A DNA stretch of 64,000 nt, taken from IMG/VR virus record IMGVR_UViG_3300030102_003210; one strand, written 5' to 3'. Under the pieces are notes generated by a model that ran no database searches, was not told the origin of the DNA, and saw only the letters and a list, made by a program, of their open reading frames with translations. The position numbers were made by a program, and so were the translations under genes. Below are positions 16,670 to 26,534 of the stretch, in pieces (the first letter of the stretch is position 1; every line of letters begins with the position of its first letter). This DNA comes from an uncultured virus (IMG/VR IMGVR_UViG_3300030102_003210) (Duplodnaviria; Heunggongvirae; Uroviricota; Caudoviricetes).

Positions 16670-17364
16670 TGGGAATATTTGGAACATCTAACACAGCACT
16701 ATCAACACAAATGAACTCAATGAGTCAACAGAATTTCAAGTCTGTTAACAACCTATTGACTTTACAAGAGAACCATGTGGAAGAGTTCTTTCAGTATCAT
16801 GGGGAACAATTCTTGAATGCCTTTGAGCAGTTGCTAGAGGATGTCACTACTAGAGTGGTTAGTCAAATGCTGGTAAAACTTCAGTTCGTTTCCAATACAA
16901 ACGGAGACTTGGAGATACACCCTGACTCACTATCAGAGTTCACCAACATCACACAGGAGAACATAGACTTGGATATCGTGAATCTATTAGCAACTGCCGT
17001 TAACTCGGAGGTTATAATGCAAAGGAGGATGGCTAAACAACAGTACCTAGAGTCACAGGGCTTTACTTCTCCTTCACAAACTGGTGGGGGTGGGATGCCA
17101 CTAAATAATCCACAGGGAATGAACCCTGCTAACATACAAGGAAACAACATGGCTGTCGGTATGAATAACGCTATGATGCAACAACAGATGGCGTTCAACA
17201 ACCCATCAGGTTATCCTGTTCCCCCATCGGGTTATGACCAAATGAACAACCCATATTGGATTGACCCTTCTACTGGTCAACCAACATACACTCCACCACA
17301 AAGCGGTCTTGGTCTAGCACAAGGAATAGGTAAAGCCGTAGCATGGGCAAAGTGGTTGGCATAG
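16669..17364 (+). CDS. Helical protein with N/Q/M/P-rich low-complexity tail and amphipathic termini
   Basis: MGIFG N-terminus; GLAQGIGKAVAWAKWLA C-terminus; TAATG-coupled. Confidence 0.7.
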   Translation: MGIFGTSNTALSTQMNSMSQQNFKSVNNLLTLQENHVEEFFQYHGEQFLNAFEQLLEDVTTRVVSQMLVKLQFVSNTNGDLEIHPDSLSEFTNITQENIDLDIVNLLATAVNSEVIMQRRMAKQQYLESQGFTSPSQTGGGGMPLNNPQGMNPANIQGNNMAVGMNNAMMQQQMAFNNPSGYPVPPSGYDQMNNPYWIDPSTGQPTYTPPQSGLGLAQGIGKAVAWAKWLA

Positions 17365-17379
17365 GACGGGGCTAGATGA

Positions 17380-18699
17380 ATGAGCGAAACTGTTGTTCTG
17401 AATAAGAAACTCGTTACGCAGATTAATGCGAATAGCCCATTCAAGATAACAGAAAGTGATGTCACTTCCTATGACGGTGATGCCAAGAGACTAGTAGACG
17501 AGTTTCTAATCCCCTATCTCTTTAGCAGTTACAAGAGTAACTTCAAAGTTTCAAAGACTGCTGGTGATGTATCATTAGCAACTAGGAAAATGCTCAACTT
17601 GAATGAGGGAGACTTCAACAGCGAGAAAGAGTTTGATTCGTACAGGAAGTACATGAGAAAGTTAGTTCAAAAAATACCCGAACTAAAGGTTCTAGAGGAA
17701 GTGGAAGCCAATCGAAAGTTGAAGCCAAAGAACGTAATCTTTGGGATTCCAGCAACCAAGGTAGTTGGAACCGATGAGTTTGCTGCTATTTTTGAAGATT
17801 CACCGAAGGAAAGAGTAGAGGATGAGGAATCCAGTAGAATAGTGAATAGGCTGAAGGGCAAGACCTTCAATGATTTGAAAAACCCAATAAACTACGGGGG
17901 AGATTACAGTGGAGGCGGAACTAAAGAAGGGCAGAAGTTCAGAGCAGAACTCCAACAACTAGGAGACCCTAGACAAGAAGACCCTGATAAGATATTTGAA
18001 ACAAAACAAATCACAGATGAGTTGGATAATCCTAACAAATTTAAGAAATTTAAGGTATACAAATATCTAGATTTTATTAGAGCGGGAAATATTGGCAGGT
18101 TTTATTTCAGAACAGAAGAGTTCTACAAGGATGTCTTTGAGAACATGGGAATGGACTTACAGAAGAACTTCAGCAAAGTAGGCTCCACTGATGCCACGAA
18201 ATATGACGTAGGTGACTTAGAGACAAACCTACTAGAGCAACTAGAACCGATATATGACAATAAAACGAAACTCGCTAGAGCCTTCAAGTTAGACTATGTG
18301 AGCAATAAGCAAGTGGAGTTCGGTGGAAACGATGTCAATGGGAACTTCACAAGAACCGCACAGGAAGAAAATAATGCACTGAAGCAGTCTAGAGACGCAC
18401 TGCTAAACGCTACGCATACGGAAGACATTGCCAAAAAGATAACTGCGTATGCTGGTGACTTCTTCAAACCAAAGGGTAAGGACTTCAGAATCAATATCAA
18501 TGACATAATAGTTGAGATAGACCTCAGTGGTGTTCCAAAGGTAGAGGTGAGACAAGAAGAGACGAAGGATGATGTAGCATTGTTATCCGATAAACAATTT
18601 ATACAAGTTGGTAGTGGTGAGAGTATGAAGGTCATTGCAGTAATCAACGGGATAAACAGCAAACTCGACTTCTTGGAGAAGAAAGTAGGGAGGTTGTGA
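17380..18699 (+). CDS. Hypothetical protein
   Basis: 439-aa ORF with no recognisable motif. Confidence 0.7.
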   Translation: MSETVVLNKKLVTQINANSPFKITESDVTSYDGDAKRLVDEFLIPYLFSSYKSNFKVSKTAGDVSLATRKMLNLNEGDFNSEKEFDSYRKYMRKLVQKIPELKVLEEVEANRKLKPKNVIFGIPATKVVGTDEFAAIFEDSPKERVEDEESSRIVNRLKGKTFNDLKNPINYGGDYSGGGTKEGQKFRAELQQLGDPRQEDPDKIFETKQITDELDNPNKFKKFKVYKYLDFIRAGNIGRFYFRTEEFYKDVFENMGMDLQKNFSKVGSTDATKYDVGDLETNLLEQLEPIYDNKTKLARAFKLDYVSNKQVEFGGNDVNGNFTRTAQEENNALKQSRDALLNATHTEDIAKKITAYAGDFFKPKGKDFRININDIIVEIDLSGVPKVEVRQEETKDDVALLSDKQFIQVGSGESMKVIAVINGINSKLDFLEKKVGRL

Positions 18700-18701
18700 T
18701 A

Positions 18702-19775
18702 ATGAGTAAACTATCCTCCCCAAGTGACTTTACCAACATAAACCCAAATTACACATTGGGTAGGGGCTTCTATACTACGCACTCTGATGTCTCTCAGTTG
18801 TTGCAGATATCCTCTTTCACAAATAGTACCACACCAACCATCGCTGAAGTCGGAGGATTAATCAAAAGAGCAGAGGAAAGGGTGGATGACATTGTTGGTC
18901 ACTCATACAGACCCGTAATCTACCACAATGAGTTTCATAACTTTGAGTTCTTTACTATGGGTGCTTATCCTATAAATCGGTACAAGGACTATGTTGGATT
19001 CGTACAGTTAGAAAGAGCAGACGTTCAGAAGATAGTGAGGCTAGAGGTTTGGAATGGTGCAGAATACGTTGACTTAGCATCTGCCACTGCTAGAGTAAAA
19101 GTTCCATCTACACCTGAAAGTGGGTCTTGGACTATATCGTTGGGAGTGGGAGCATACACCTTCAATATAGTAAAGGCTACTGACTTCTTTGACAACTATG
19201 GCCCGAAGACAACTGCTAGTCAGATAGCAGATGCAATCAATGAAGTATTTCCACATAAGACTGCTAAGTTTACTGGTGAGACTTCAGCCAAGGAAGTCAA
19301 GGACACAAGCAATGCAGTAAACGTATCTGACTTTTTCTACGCCACAACAGACAGTGAAGCGGGAGATACTGTTGTGATATCGTCCCTCTTGATGGGAGAC
19401 GATGGCTCTAACTGCACTATATCATCCACTGTTGGAACTGTTACTGCCTTTACAGACCACCAAGACCAAAGGAGGCTTGGAGACTACTGGACAATTGGTA
19501 AGGATGGTAAGATATTCATGCGACAGGAATATCCTCACCTCCACTCCAACTCTATACGTGTGGTATACGTCAGTGGTGAGTCTAGAGTTCCCGCTACAAT
19601 ATCTGATGCTACAACTAAGTTAGTTGCAGCAGAGGTGATACGCCATGATGATAACTCAATACTCATCGCTGAGACAGGTTCCAACATCGACCTCAAGACT
19701 AAGCATGACATATTGCTAGAAGAAGCAAATGCGATATTGAACGGCAAGAAAGATGTGATACACTTTATTCTGTGA
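18702..19775 (+). CDS. Putative head-tail adaptor/connector protein
   Basis: YTTHSDV..LIKRAEERVD N-terminus and VVYVSGESRVPATISDAT C-terminus resemble gp6/gp15-type adaptors, with an inserted domain. Confidence 0.6.
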   Translation: MSKLSSPSDFTNINPNYTLGRGFYTTHSDVSQLLQISSFTNSTTPTIAEVGGLIKRAEERVDDIVGHSYRPVIYHNEFHNFEFFTMGAYPINRYKDYVGFVQLERADVQKIVRLEVWNGAEYVDLASATARVKVPSTPESGSWTISLGVGAYTFNIVKATDFFDNYGPKTTASQIADAINEVFPHKTAKFTGETSAKEVKDTSNAVNVSDFFYATTDSEAGDTVVISSLLMGDDGSNCTISSTVGTVTAFTDHQDQRRLGDYWTIGKDGKIFMRQEYPHLHSNSIRVVYVSGESRVPATISDATTKLVAAEVIRHDDNSILIAETGSNIDLKTKHDILLEEANAILNGKKDVIHFIL

Positions 19776-19779
19776 TACT

Positions 19780-19977
19780 ATGGGAAGCGAGATAAGAATA
19801 CTAGATGACCTCGCAAAGAACATCAGGGAGTCTAGGGCTGCAATGGACGAACTATCAGTGTATGGAGTCTCCCTAGGCATGTCACAGGAACAAATAGACA
19901 TAGAAGTCAGAGAAGCCCTTACAGCCTATATCGATAAGGTGATTAATACTAAGATGAAAGAGATGCTAGGTGCTTAG
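19780..19977 (+). CDS. Hypothetical protein
   Basis: Short ORF filling the operon. Confidence 0.5.
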   Translation: MGSEIRILDDLAKNIRESRAAMDELSVYGVSLGMSQEQIDIEVREALTAYIDKVINTKMKEMLGA

Positions 19978-20511
19978 ATGGATGAAGTGACATTGGTTCT
20001 TAGATTGATTAAGGACAATTGGACTAATTCTGCAACAGCCTTAGTCAATGCTGGTCATATAACCAACAGTCACATCGCACCCCCGAAGTATATTGACATA
20101 CGCTCGATAGAACCGCAAGAGGGTCGCCGGGTTGACATAGATTCAGAATCAGTAATAGTGTTCTTTGAGGACAGTTCCTCTACTACATATCCGACAATAG
20201 ACTATGCTGCGAGAACCGAAGAGTTCTCATTTACTTTGCATCTAAGGGTTCTACATAGGAGAGACTTTAGCAGTAACACGTTTTCTAGGGATAAACTAGA
20301 GGCGATGTATAAGATAGTTAGACATGTACTTGAGAACAATTCTTTTAGGCCAGCAGTATATGCAACACCTGCCGACAGCAGTTCGGCAACTTTAGGTGAT
20401 GCCGATTTAATACGATTAACTTCAAGAAGCGAGGCTAATGATAGAGGGAAAAGACTATTGGGATACAAGATTGGGGTTGAACTAAAGAGATTTGCTAGAT
20501 GTACGTTGTGA
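19978..20511 (+). CDS. Putative tail terminator/completion protein
   Basis: Size and position immediately before the tail tube gene. Confidence 0.5.
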   Translation: MDEVTLVLRLIKDNWTNSATALVNAGHITNSHIAPPKYIDIRSIEPQEGRRVDIDSESVIVFFEDSSSTTYPTIDYAARTEEFSFTLHLRVLHRRDFSSNTFSRDKLEAMYKIVRHVLENNSFRPAVYATPADSSSATLGDADLIRLTSRSEANDRGKRLLGYKIGVELKRFARCTL

Positions 20512-20521
20512 GGGAAAATAA

Positions 20522-22087
20522 ATGGTAAGTAATGAGGTATTTGTAGGTGCTAATGCACAAGTTGGTTTTTGTCCCGAATTGGATTTGTACTTTGGTCGGG
20601 GAGACATTGATTCATCAACCAAGACGGTATTCACCTTGCATTCCTCACAAACAGCAGTGTCGAAGTTAGTTCCTGACCTCTATGCCGGATGCTTTGCCAA
20701 GATAGCCAAGGAGAATGACGGTAGTGAAACAGAGTATAGGAGGATAGTCACCAATACCGATACCACCATAACATTAGACGCTGCTGTGACCAGTCACGGT
20801 AGTGCTACTCATGACCTAACAATAATGTCCTTCGGCGCACCTGCTTATGGAAAGTTGAAGAGCAGCCAAGCGACAATACTGTCCGACAACTGGCTAGGTC
20901 TAGTCAATACGTTCACACCACCAAACGTAGAGGTGGAGATGAAGCAGTTGAACTTAGCAGTCGCTGGTGGCAGAAACTTCGACTATCAATATAAGGGAGC
21001 AGAGACAGTTAGCGGTGGTTCCCTAGACCTATCATTGAACAACGGTTCTTGGCTATACTACGCTCTTGGTCAGATAACTGACATAACGATAGCAGCAGAT
21101 GCTAGTTCGATGACTGTGGACAACGCCTCCGCAGACAATGGTGTTGGGTATGTGGCCGGAAGTGGAGCAACTCGTAAGATTGTGAGGGTCAGGGACTCCA
21201 ACATATTCCCGGAAGTCTTCGATGGAAGTCCCAGTAGCGGTGACGACAACATAGCAGAAAATGTGATAAATTTCGACAACAACGGTGCAACCTACACATA
21301 TACCATTGCAGAGGCAGACGATGACGTTCTACCTTCATTCGCACTGGATGTCGTATACAGGAAGTCAGGACAGAGTGGCACTACGCAACTTGACAGTCTA
21401 ACGCCAAATGAGAACATGTACTCACGAATATTCACAGGTTGCCAAGTAAACAGCCTAGCGTTGAACTTTGAAGAAAGCCAAGAACTCAAGGCAAGCCTCG
21501 ACCTAGTAACGAGAAGGGCATTCGACGCACCTAACGGATACCTACCACTAGGAGGAAGTGGCCCTGACCTGACTGCACCAACAGACACCTCGGGAGACAC
21601 TGGCATGATTAACTACAGTGCTACCCTAGCAGACAACTACCCATTCCTATTCTCAGATGGAACGATACAACTCTTTGGTCAAACTATGGCTAGGGTCAAG
21701 AGCGGTTCCTTGACGATAACGAACAACCTCACCCCACAGAGATTCATTGGGAACTACAACAGGCAAACAATGTCTGCTCACATCCCCGGACAGAGGACAT
21801 ACGAACTCACCCTTTCAATGCTAATCACAGACACGAAACTCTGGGACGAGATGAGAAGTGCCAATGAGTCAACTGGTACTCTACAACTAAAATTCGAGAA
21901 GGACAGTGGTGAGAAGATAGACTTGCAGTTTGCCGACTACACAATAAACTCAGTAAACGTGCCTTTCCCCGAGGACAAGGGACCAGTGGAGGTAGAGGTT
22001 ACTGCCTCTGCTAGAACACTGAGTTCTTGCACATACAAGGGCAAGTGGGCTATCTACAACATTGGCGGTAAGGCAACAGGTAATTAG
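20522..22087 (+). CDS. Major tail tube protein with inserted domains
   Basis: LPSFAL, RIFTGCQVNSLALNF and SLTITNNL motifs of phage tail-tube proteins; upstream of chaperone and tape measure. Confidence 0.75.
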   Translation: MVSNEVFVGANAQVGFCPELDLYFGRGDIDSSTKTVFTLHSSQTAVSKLVPDLYAGCFAKIAKENDGSETEYRRIVTNTDTTITLDAAVTSHGSATHDLTIMSFGAPAYGKLKSSQATILSDNWLGLVNTFTPPNVEVEMKQLNLAVAGGRNFDYQYKGAETVSGGSLDLSLNNGSWLYYALGQITDITIAADASSMTVDNASADNGVGYVAGSGATRKIVRVRDSNIFPEVFDGSPSSGDDNIAENVINFDNNGATYTYTIAEADDDVLPSFALDVVYRKSGQSGTTQLDSLTPNENMYSRIFTGCQVNSLALNFEESQELKASLDLVTRRAFDAPNGYLPLGGSGPDLTAPTDTSGDTGMINYSATLADNYPFLFSDGTIQLFGQTMARVKSGSLTITNNLTPQRFIGNYNRQTMSAHIPGQRTYELTLSMLITDTKLWDEMRSANESTGTLQLKFEKDSGEKIDLQFADYTINSVNVPFPEDKGPVEVEVTASARTLSSCTYKGKWAIYNIGGKATGN

Positions 22088-22172
22088 GAGGCGTGACCAA
22101 GCAAGGGAACGCTATTCTTTTTCGATTCCACCAACACGTTTGTTTGTTGGTATATTGTAGGTGGAAAGAAAA

Positions 22173-22541
22173 ATGACAGAAAAGAAAATTGTAAATGATA
22201 AGAACATGCTGTTCGCAAGAATGGCAACCGAAAGCCATCATCTCAGGATATCCCCTGACAGTGATGAGTACCTCCAAGTTTGGATAAAGGAACCAACTTG
22301 GCTACAGGTAGAACAGGCATTGTCGTCTGTTATGGACATGGATTCCCAAGGTCAGACTATGGGAATAAACCTGAACAAGATGTATCGGTTCATGGTTGAG
22401 AACTTTGTCGAGAAGACCGACCCACAACTAACCGCCACTGACTTGATTAGACTCAATCCGTACATTGGTGCGCAACTCAAAGAAATACTCCCAAACCCCT
22501 TCATGGACATCATGGGGGATGATATGGGAAACGAAAACTGA
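22173..22541 (+). CDS. Tail assembly chaperone (gpG-like)
   Basis: Between tail tube and tape measure; ends in slippery G GGA AAC. Confidence 0.7.
   Translation: MTEKKIVNDKNMLFARMATESHHLRISPDSDEYLQVWIKEPTWLQVEQALSSVMDMDSQGQTMGINLNKMYRFMVENFVEKTDPQLTATDLIRLNPYIGAQLKEILPNPFMDIMGDDMGNEN
22526..22532 (+). other. Programmed -1 ribosomal frameshift site GGGAAAC
   Basis: In-frame X XXY YYZ heptamer two codons before the stop; -1 frame is open to 22744. Confidence 0.75.
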
Positions 22542-22744
22542 TTCGGAGGGCTTTGAAAGGTGGGAGCGTGGATACTAGAGTTGGAATGAAGATTATGCTT
22601 TACTCCTACTGCTCTGCATTCCATGTGAACCCAAAGGACGCATATGACACACCAGCATCACTAATCAAGGAGATGTTGGACATACATGGGGAAGTAAAGA
22701 AGATAGAATCGGAGGAAATGAAGAAGGCAACAAAAGGGTCGTGA
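22532..22744 (+). CDS. Frameshift extension of the tail chaperone (gpGT-like)
   Basis: -1 frame ORF (RKLIRRALKGGSVDTRVG...) ending just before the tape measure gene. Confidence 0.65.
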   Translation, partial: RKLIRRALKGGSVDTRVGMKIMLYSYCSAFHVNPKDAYDTPASLIKEMLDIHGEVKKIESEEMKKATKGS

Positions 22745-22749
22745 AGTAA

Positions 22750-24732
22750 ATGGCAAAGAGTGATGTTCAGAAAAGCATTAATGAAATCAAAGAATCCTTC
22801 GGTGATATTGATAGAGCCATACTTGATGGAACCAAAAACTACAGACTTCTTCAAGCCTCAATCAGCAGGACTAACGATATACTAGGAAGCACCAATTGGC
22901 AAATCTTCTCCCGTTTCATATCGGGAACTCCACTTTGGAGAATACAGAACCGAGTGAAAGCAAGCGTCATGCTTCTCAATGAGTTCCTGAGTTCATCAGA
23001 GAGAAGTAGATTAGAAGATGCGAAGAGACTCAAGGTATACGCCGAGATAGCAAAGGTTCAGAGAGGAACCAGCAAGTTCGCTGATAACCTTAGAAACGTA
23101 GCAAAAATGGGAGCAATTGAGGCTAAAGAGGAAATACAGGCATTACGAGAGAAATCAGAGTTGTTCGATGGTTTGATGTTCTATCATCAAGACCATACGT
23201 TAGCAGCAGAGGAACTATTGAAAATACTAGACGCACAGAATGAGCAAGCAGAGAAACTGCAAAAAAAAGCAAAAAGAAGTGCCGAGGCCATTAGAGAGAG
23301 AAGGGAACTCGAAGGGGCCGGAATAAAAGAGAGAATGAAGGCTTTCATTGGCCTTAATCGATTCAAGAAAAGATTTGACGCAAAAACAGCAAAGGAAGCA
23401 ATCAAGGCTTTCATAAAGACATCCGACCAGAAACTAGAGATAACAAAAAAGATGAGTAAAGAAGCAAGAAAGTTAGGGCTTACAGAATCAGACCTTGAAC
23501 GATTAAAGAACAAGGATGGGGATGTAGGAAAATTAAAGTCTATGAGGAGTGAAAAGGATGGTAGGACGTATAGGCATGACGCTAAAGGCGTACCTATTGA
23601 CCCCGAAACGTTCAGCAAGTTAGCGAAAATACAAGAAATGGCAGAGAAGCAAAACAGCCTGACAAGCAAGGCAACTAGACTTGCTCTCAAGCCATACAAG
23701 GCTATAGTGGCAATTGCTGCTGCCGTGAAGAAACTGGTGTTCTACGCTGCTGCGCAATTCATGAAGTTGATGTTGTTGTTGCTGGTCATAGTAGCGGCCT
23801 TCAAGTTGATTCAACCATTCCTAGGAAACATATTCGATGCGATAAAGACAATGGCTAAGGTCTTCATTTTTGGATTCGAGATGATGGCTAGTGGTCTAGC
23901 AGAATTGTTCACAGGTGTGTATAACCTGTTTGCAGGATTAATCACTGGTGACATGGACCAAGCAATTAAGGGACTAGGGCAGATAATAGTCGGTGTTGTA
24001 GAATCCGTCGTAGGCATATTCGTAGCGACAGTAGGTACACTACTATCAGGAATAGTGTCATTCGTAGCCAGTGCCTTCATGGATGGCTTCGACAAATTAG
24101 GTGGTGGTATCAGTGGTGTCATCGCTGGTATCGGTAATGTTGTCAAAGCAGTCGCAGCAGTAGCAGCAGGTGTTGCTATGGTAGTTGCCGTTGTTGGTAT
24201 GCTGTTTGCTGCAACAATCGCCTTCCCTGCCCTTCTCTTTGCAGGTTTTGCTCTTCTTGTATACTTCGGTGTTGACTTAATCGTTGCAACGATACTTGGG
24301 TTAGGAAAAGTGCTTGCCTTTATCGCTAAAGGAATTTTGAACATTGGTAAATTTATTGTCTCAGGCATAGTCAGTGCAATCAAGTCTTTCATACAGTTCA
24401 TAGTAGATAAGTTAAGTCCCGGTAAGACAATAAAGAAATTTGTGAAGAAAATACCATTCCTAGCAACTGGTGGAAAGGTAAAGAACTCAGGAATAGCAGT
24501 TGTCGGGGAGAAGGGACCGGAGTTAGTCAACCTACCAGCAGGTGCTAGAGTCAACTCCAACAGAGACTCTGCTGCCATGATGAGTGGAAACACGATACAC
24601 AACCACATCACCGTTCAAGTCACAGGAAGAGTTGGGGCGAGCGACACAGAGATACGGGACATCGCAAACAAGGTAGCAAGGGAAATCAATACTAGGATGA
24701 ACAGAACCTCGACATCGGTGGTGAAATTCTAA
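22750..24732 (+). CDS. Tail tape measure protein
   Basis: Coiled-coil N-half, long hydrophobic A/G/I-rich helices, C-terminal LATGG..VGEKGPELV motif. Confidence 0.85.
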   Translation: MAKSDVQKSINEIKESFGDIDRAILDGTKNYRLLQASISRTNDILGSTNWQIFSRFISGTPLWRIQNRVKASVMLLNEFLSSSERSRLEDAKRLKVYAEIAKVQRGTSKFADNLRNVAKMGAIEAKEEIQALREKSELFDGLMFYHQDHTLAAEELLKILDAQNEQAEKLQKKAKRSAEAIRERRELEGAGIKERMKAFIGLNRFKKRFDAKTAKEAIKAFIKTSDQKLEITKKMSKEARKLGLTESDLERLKNKDGDVGKLKSMRSEKDGRTYRHDAKGVPIDPETFSKLAKIQEMAEKQNSLTSKATRLALKPYKAIVAIAAAVKKLVFYAAAQFMKLMLLLLVIVAAFKLIQPFLGNIFDAIKTMAKVFIFGFEMMASGLAELFTGVYNLFAGLITGDMDQAIKGLGQIIVGVVESVVGIFVATVGTLLSGIVSFVASAFMDGFDKLGGGISGVIAGIGNVVKAVAAVAAGVAMVVAVVGMLFAATIAFPALLFAGFALLVYFGVDLIVATILGLGKVLAFIAKGILNIGKFIVSGIVSAIKSFIQFIVDKLSPGKTIKKFVKKIPFLATGGKVKNSGIAVVGEKGPELVNLPAGARVNSNRDSAAMMSGNTIHNHITVQVTGRVGASDTEIRDIANKVAREINTRMNRTSTSVVKF

Positions 24733-25469
24733 TGGCAGTCGGAGACAACTACAACAACTTCAGCGTATGGCTGGAACTACAGAGAAGAAACGAGGAAGGC
24801 GGAGACAGGGCAATCAACAGGCTCCCACTATTCGTGACGGAGATTCAGATAAGCACAGCGAAGAGCGTACCAACTATTCCCGTACCATTCGCAAGCGTGG
24901 CAACAGGAAAGTCTCTAACACTAGCGTTTGATATGGGTTTGGCTAGTAAAAATGTGAGCCTAACTGGAACACTGTTGAATCAGAGAATATTCAAGAACTC
25001 AGGGGAGAATAACTCATCTTCCCTCAACGCCGTACTATCCCCGTATGAGATGGCACAGTTGATTCACTCCTATGTTGACAGCAGTGCTGCACAGGACGAC
25101 CAAGCGATAAACAAACTAATCATACTGATACCAAGTAGGGTTGACACCAACTTTTCACCACATACGAACAGCAGTGAGTCTGACGATTTGAATGACCTTC
25201 CTGTGATTCCATTCACGTTTGAAAACAGAAGGTACGACGAGAAATTCAAGAGAGTGGCAAACGACTACCTACCATCGGCAATAGAAGTGAATGAGTCTCC
25301 TGTTGGAGCATTCACGGACATGAATCTAGTTGATGACCTCTTAGGAATGACAGGTTTCATTCGTTCCTTCAACACCACCTTCTCAGGAGAACAACCAAAC
25401 ACGGTTCCATTCACTCTAGAGTTTGAGATAGCGACGGTGTTAGCAGAGAACCCGATAAACAGTTTGTAG
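24732..25469 (+). CDS. Putative distal tail protein
   Basis: Directly after the tape measure gene; beta-rich; ends in VPFTLEF. Confidence 0.5.
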   Translation: MAVGDNYNNFSVWLELQRRNEEGGDRAINRLPLFVTEIQISTAKSVPTIPVPFASVATGKSLTLAFDMGLASKNVSLTGTLLNQRIFKNSGENNSSSLNAVLSPYEMAQLIHSYVDSSAAQDDQAINKLIILIPSRVDTNFSPHTNSSESDDLNDLPVIPFTFENRRYDEKFKRVANDYLPSAIEVNESPVGAFTDMNLVDDLLGMTGFIRSFNTTFSGEQPNTVPFTLEFEIATVLAENPINSL

Positions 25470-25477
25470 GTATAGGT

Positions 25478-26533
25478 ATGGCATCGACAGCACATGTAGG
25501 AGAGACAAGGGCATTGGTCTTTCCTGTTATGTGCAGTGGATACCTTCTGTTGGACTACAGTGAGTACAATAATAACAACTACAAGCACAACCTATGGGAC
25601 CATAAGAACGAACCATTCACATTTGAGGCTATAATATCACCATACGACGTAAATGGAATAGGACATAGGACAGCAGGACAAGGAAGGCTAGATAGCACCA
25701 AGACTCCACCTAGCCCTAATTTGACCCTTGATGACCATGCTAATACCACTTCTAACTACGAGAGTGTGTCTTATTTCGGAGCAGGAAGAAATACCCATAA
25801 GATGATGCTGTTTCAAAATACGAATTTTCAATTCTACTTGGAAAATACAACCTTATCGAACTTCAATCAACCAGCAGAGTACAAGTTAGTCTGCAAAATG
25901 ATGTCAAACGGTATCTCCCATACGACTGAGAGCGATGCTGTCATACTCGCTTCAAATCGCTTGAAGGGATACTATGACATTAATGCCTTCTATGACAATG
26001 GAAAACTGGTCACAACTAAGACTCAATTAAGCACAAGTGCTTCTGTTCCTGTCGGGATGGCTAACAATCCGATATCACTAGGTTCGGGTGAGGCTGATGG
26101 AATAGGTGCGGGTAGTGAAATATTTGACAACTCAGGTGTGTTGATAGGCACTGTTGGCCCGACTAGTTTTAGCGGTGATACAATATTCCTATCTGCACCA
26201 CCTGCTACACCTGTGACTTCTACATTATACACGAATCAGCCAAAGGAGGCACTGTATATTGAGAAGATAATGAAAGTATCCTGCTCTTTTGATAATAGGT
26301 CAGTCTCAATATATCTCAACAACACATTGGTGCAGAGAAAGAAGTTAGACATAGGTGACTTTGAGTTTGATGCAGTTGATTGCTACATAGGAAGAGGAGC
26401 AGGAAACAACTCACAATTTATGGGGGAGTTGTATGAGGTTTGTATGCACAAGAGCATGACCCCATGTGCAACGATATCTACACTCACTCCTAACTATGGT
26501 GATACGTTGTTCTACTATACTTTCGGTGAGTGA
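25478..26533 (+). CDS. Tail protein with LamG/concanavalin-like elements
   Basis: FTFEAII, SIYLNN and YIGRG...FMGELYEV motifs. Confidence 0.55.
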   Translation: MASTAHVGETRALVFPVMCSGYLLLDYSEYNNNNYKHNLWDHKNEPFTFEAIISPYDVNGIGHRTAGQGRLDSTKTPPSPNLTLDDHANTTSNYESVSYFGAGRNTHKMMLFQNTNFQFYLENTTLSNFNQPAEYKLVCKMMSNGISHTTESDAVILASNRLKGYYDINAFYDNGKLVTTKTQLSTSASVPVGMANNPISLGSGEADGIGAGSEIFDNSGVLIGTVGPTSFSGDTIFLSAPPATPVTSTLYTNQPKEALYIEKIMKVSCSFDNRSVSIYLNNTLVQRKKLDIGDFEFDAVDCYIGRGAGNNSQFMGELYEVCMHKSMTPCATISTLTPNYGDTLFYYTFGE

Positions 26534-26534
26534 C

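Noticed and set aside
16669..16692. MGIFGTS as an N-myristoylation signal
   Set aside because: N-myristoyltransferase is not known in archaea and none is encoded here; an amphipathic N-terminus is the simpler reading
20522..22087. 521-aa tail protein as a contractile sheath
   Set aside because: Motifs match tail-tube proteins, and it is followed directly by chaperone and tape measure with no separate tube gene
23187..24611. Long antisense ORFs opposite the tape measure gene, and similar ones opposite the fibre genes
   Set aside because: Shadow frames of codon-biased sense genes, with no motifs or RBS
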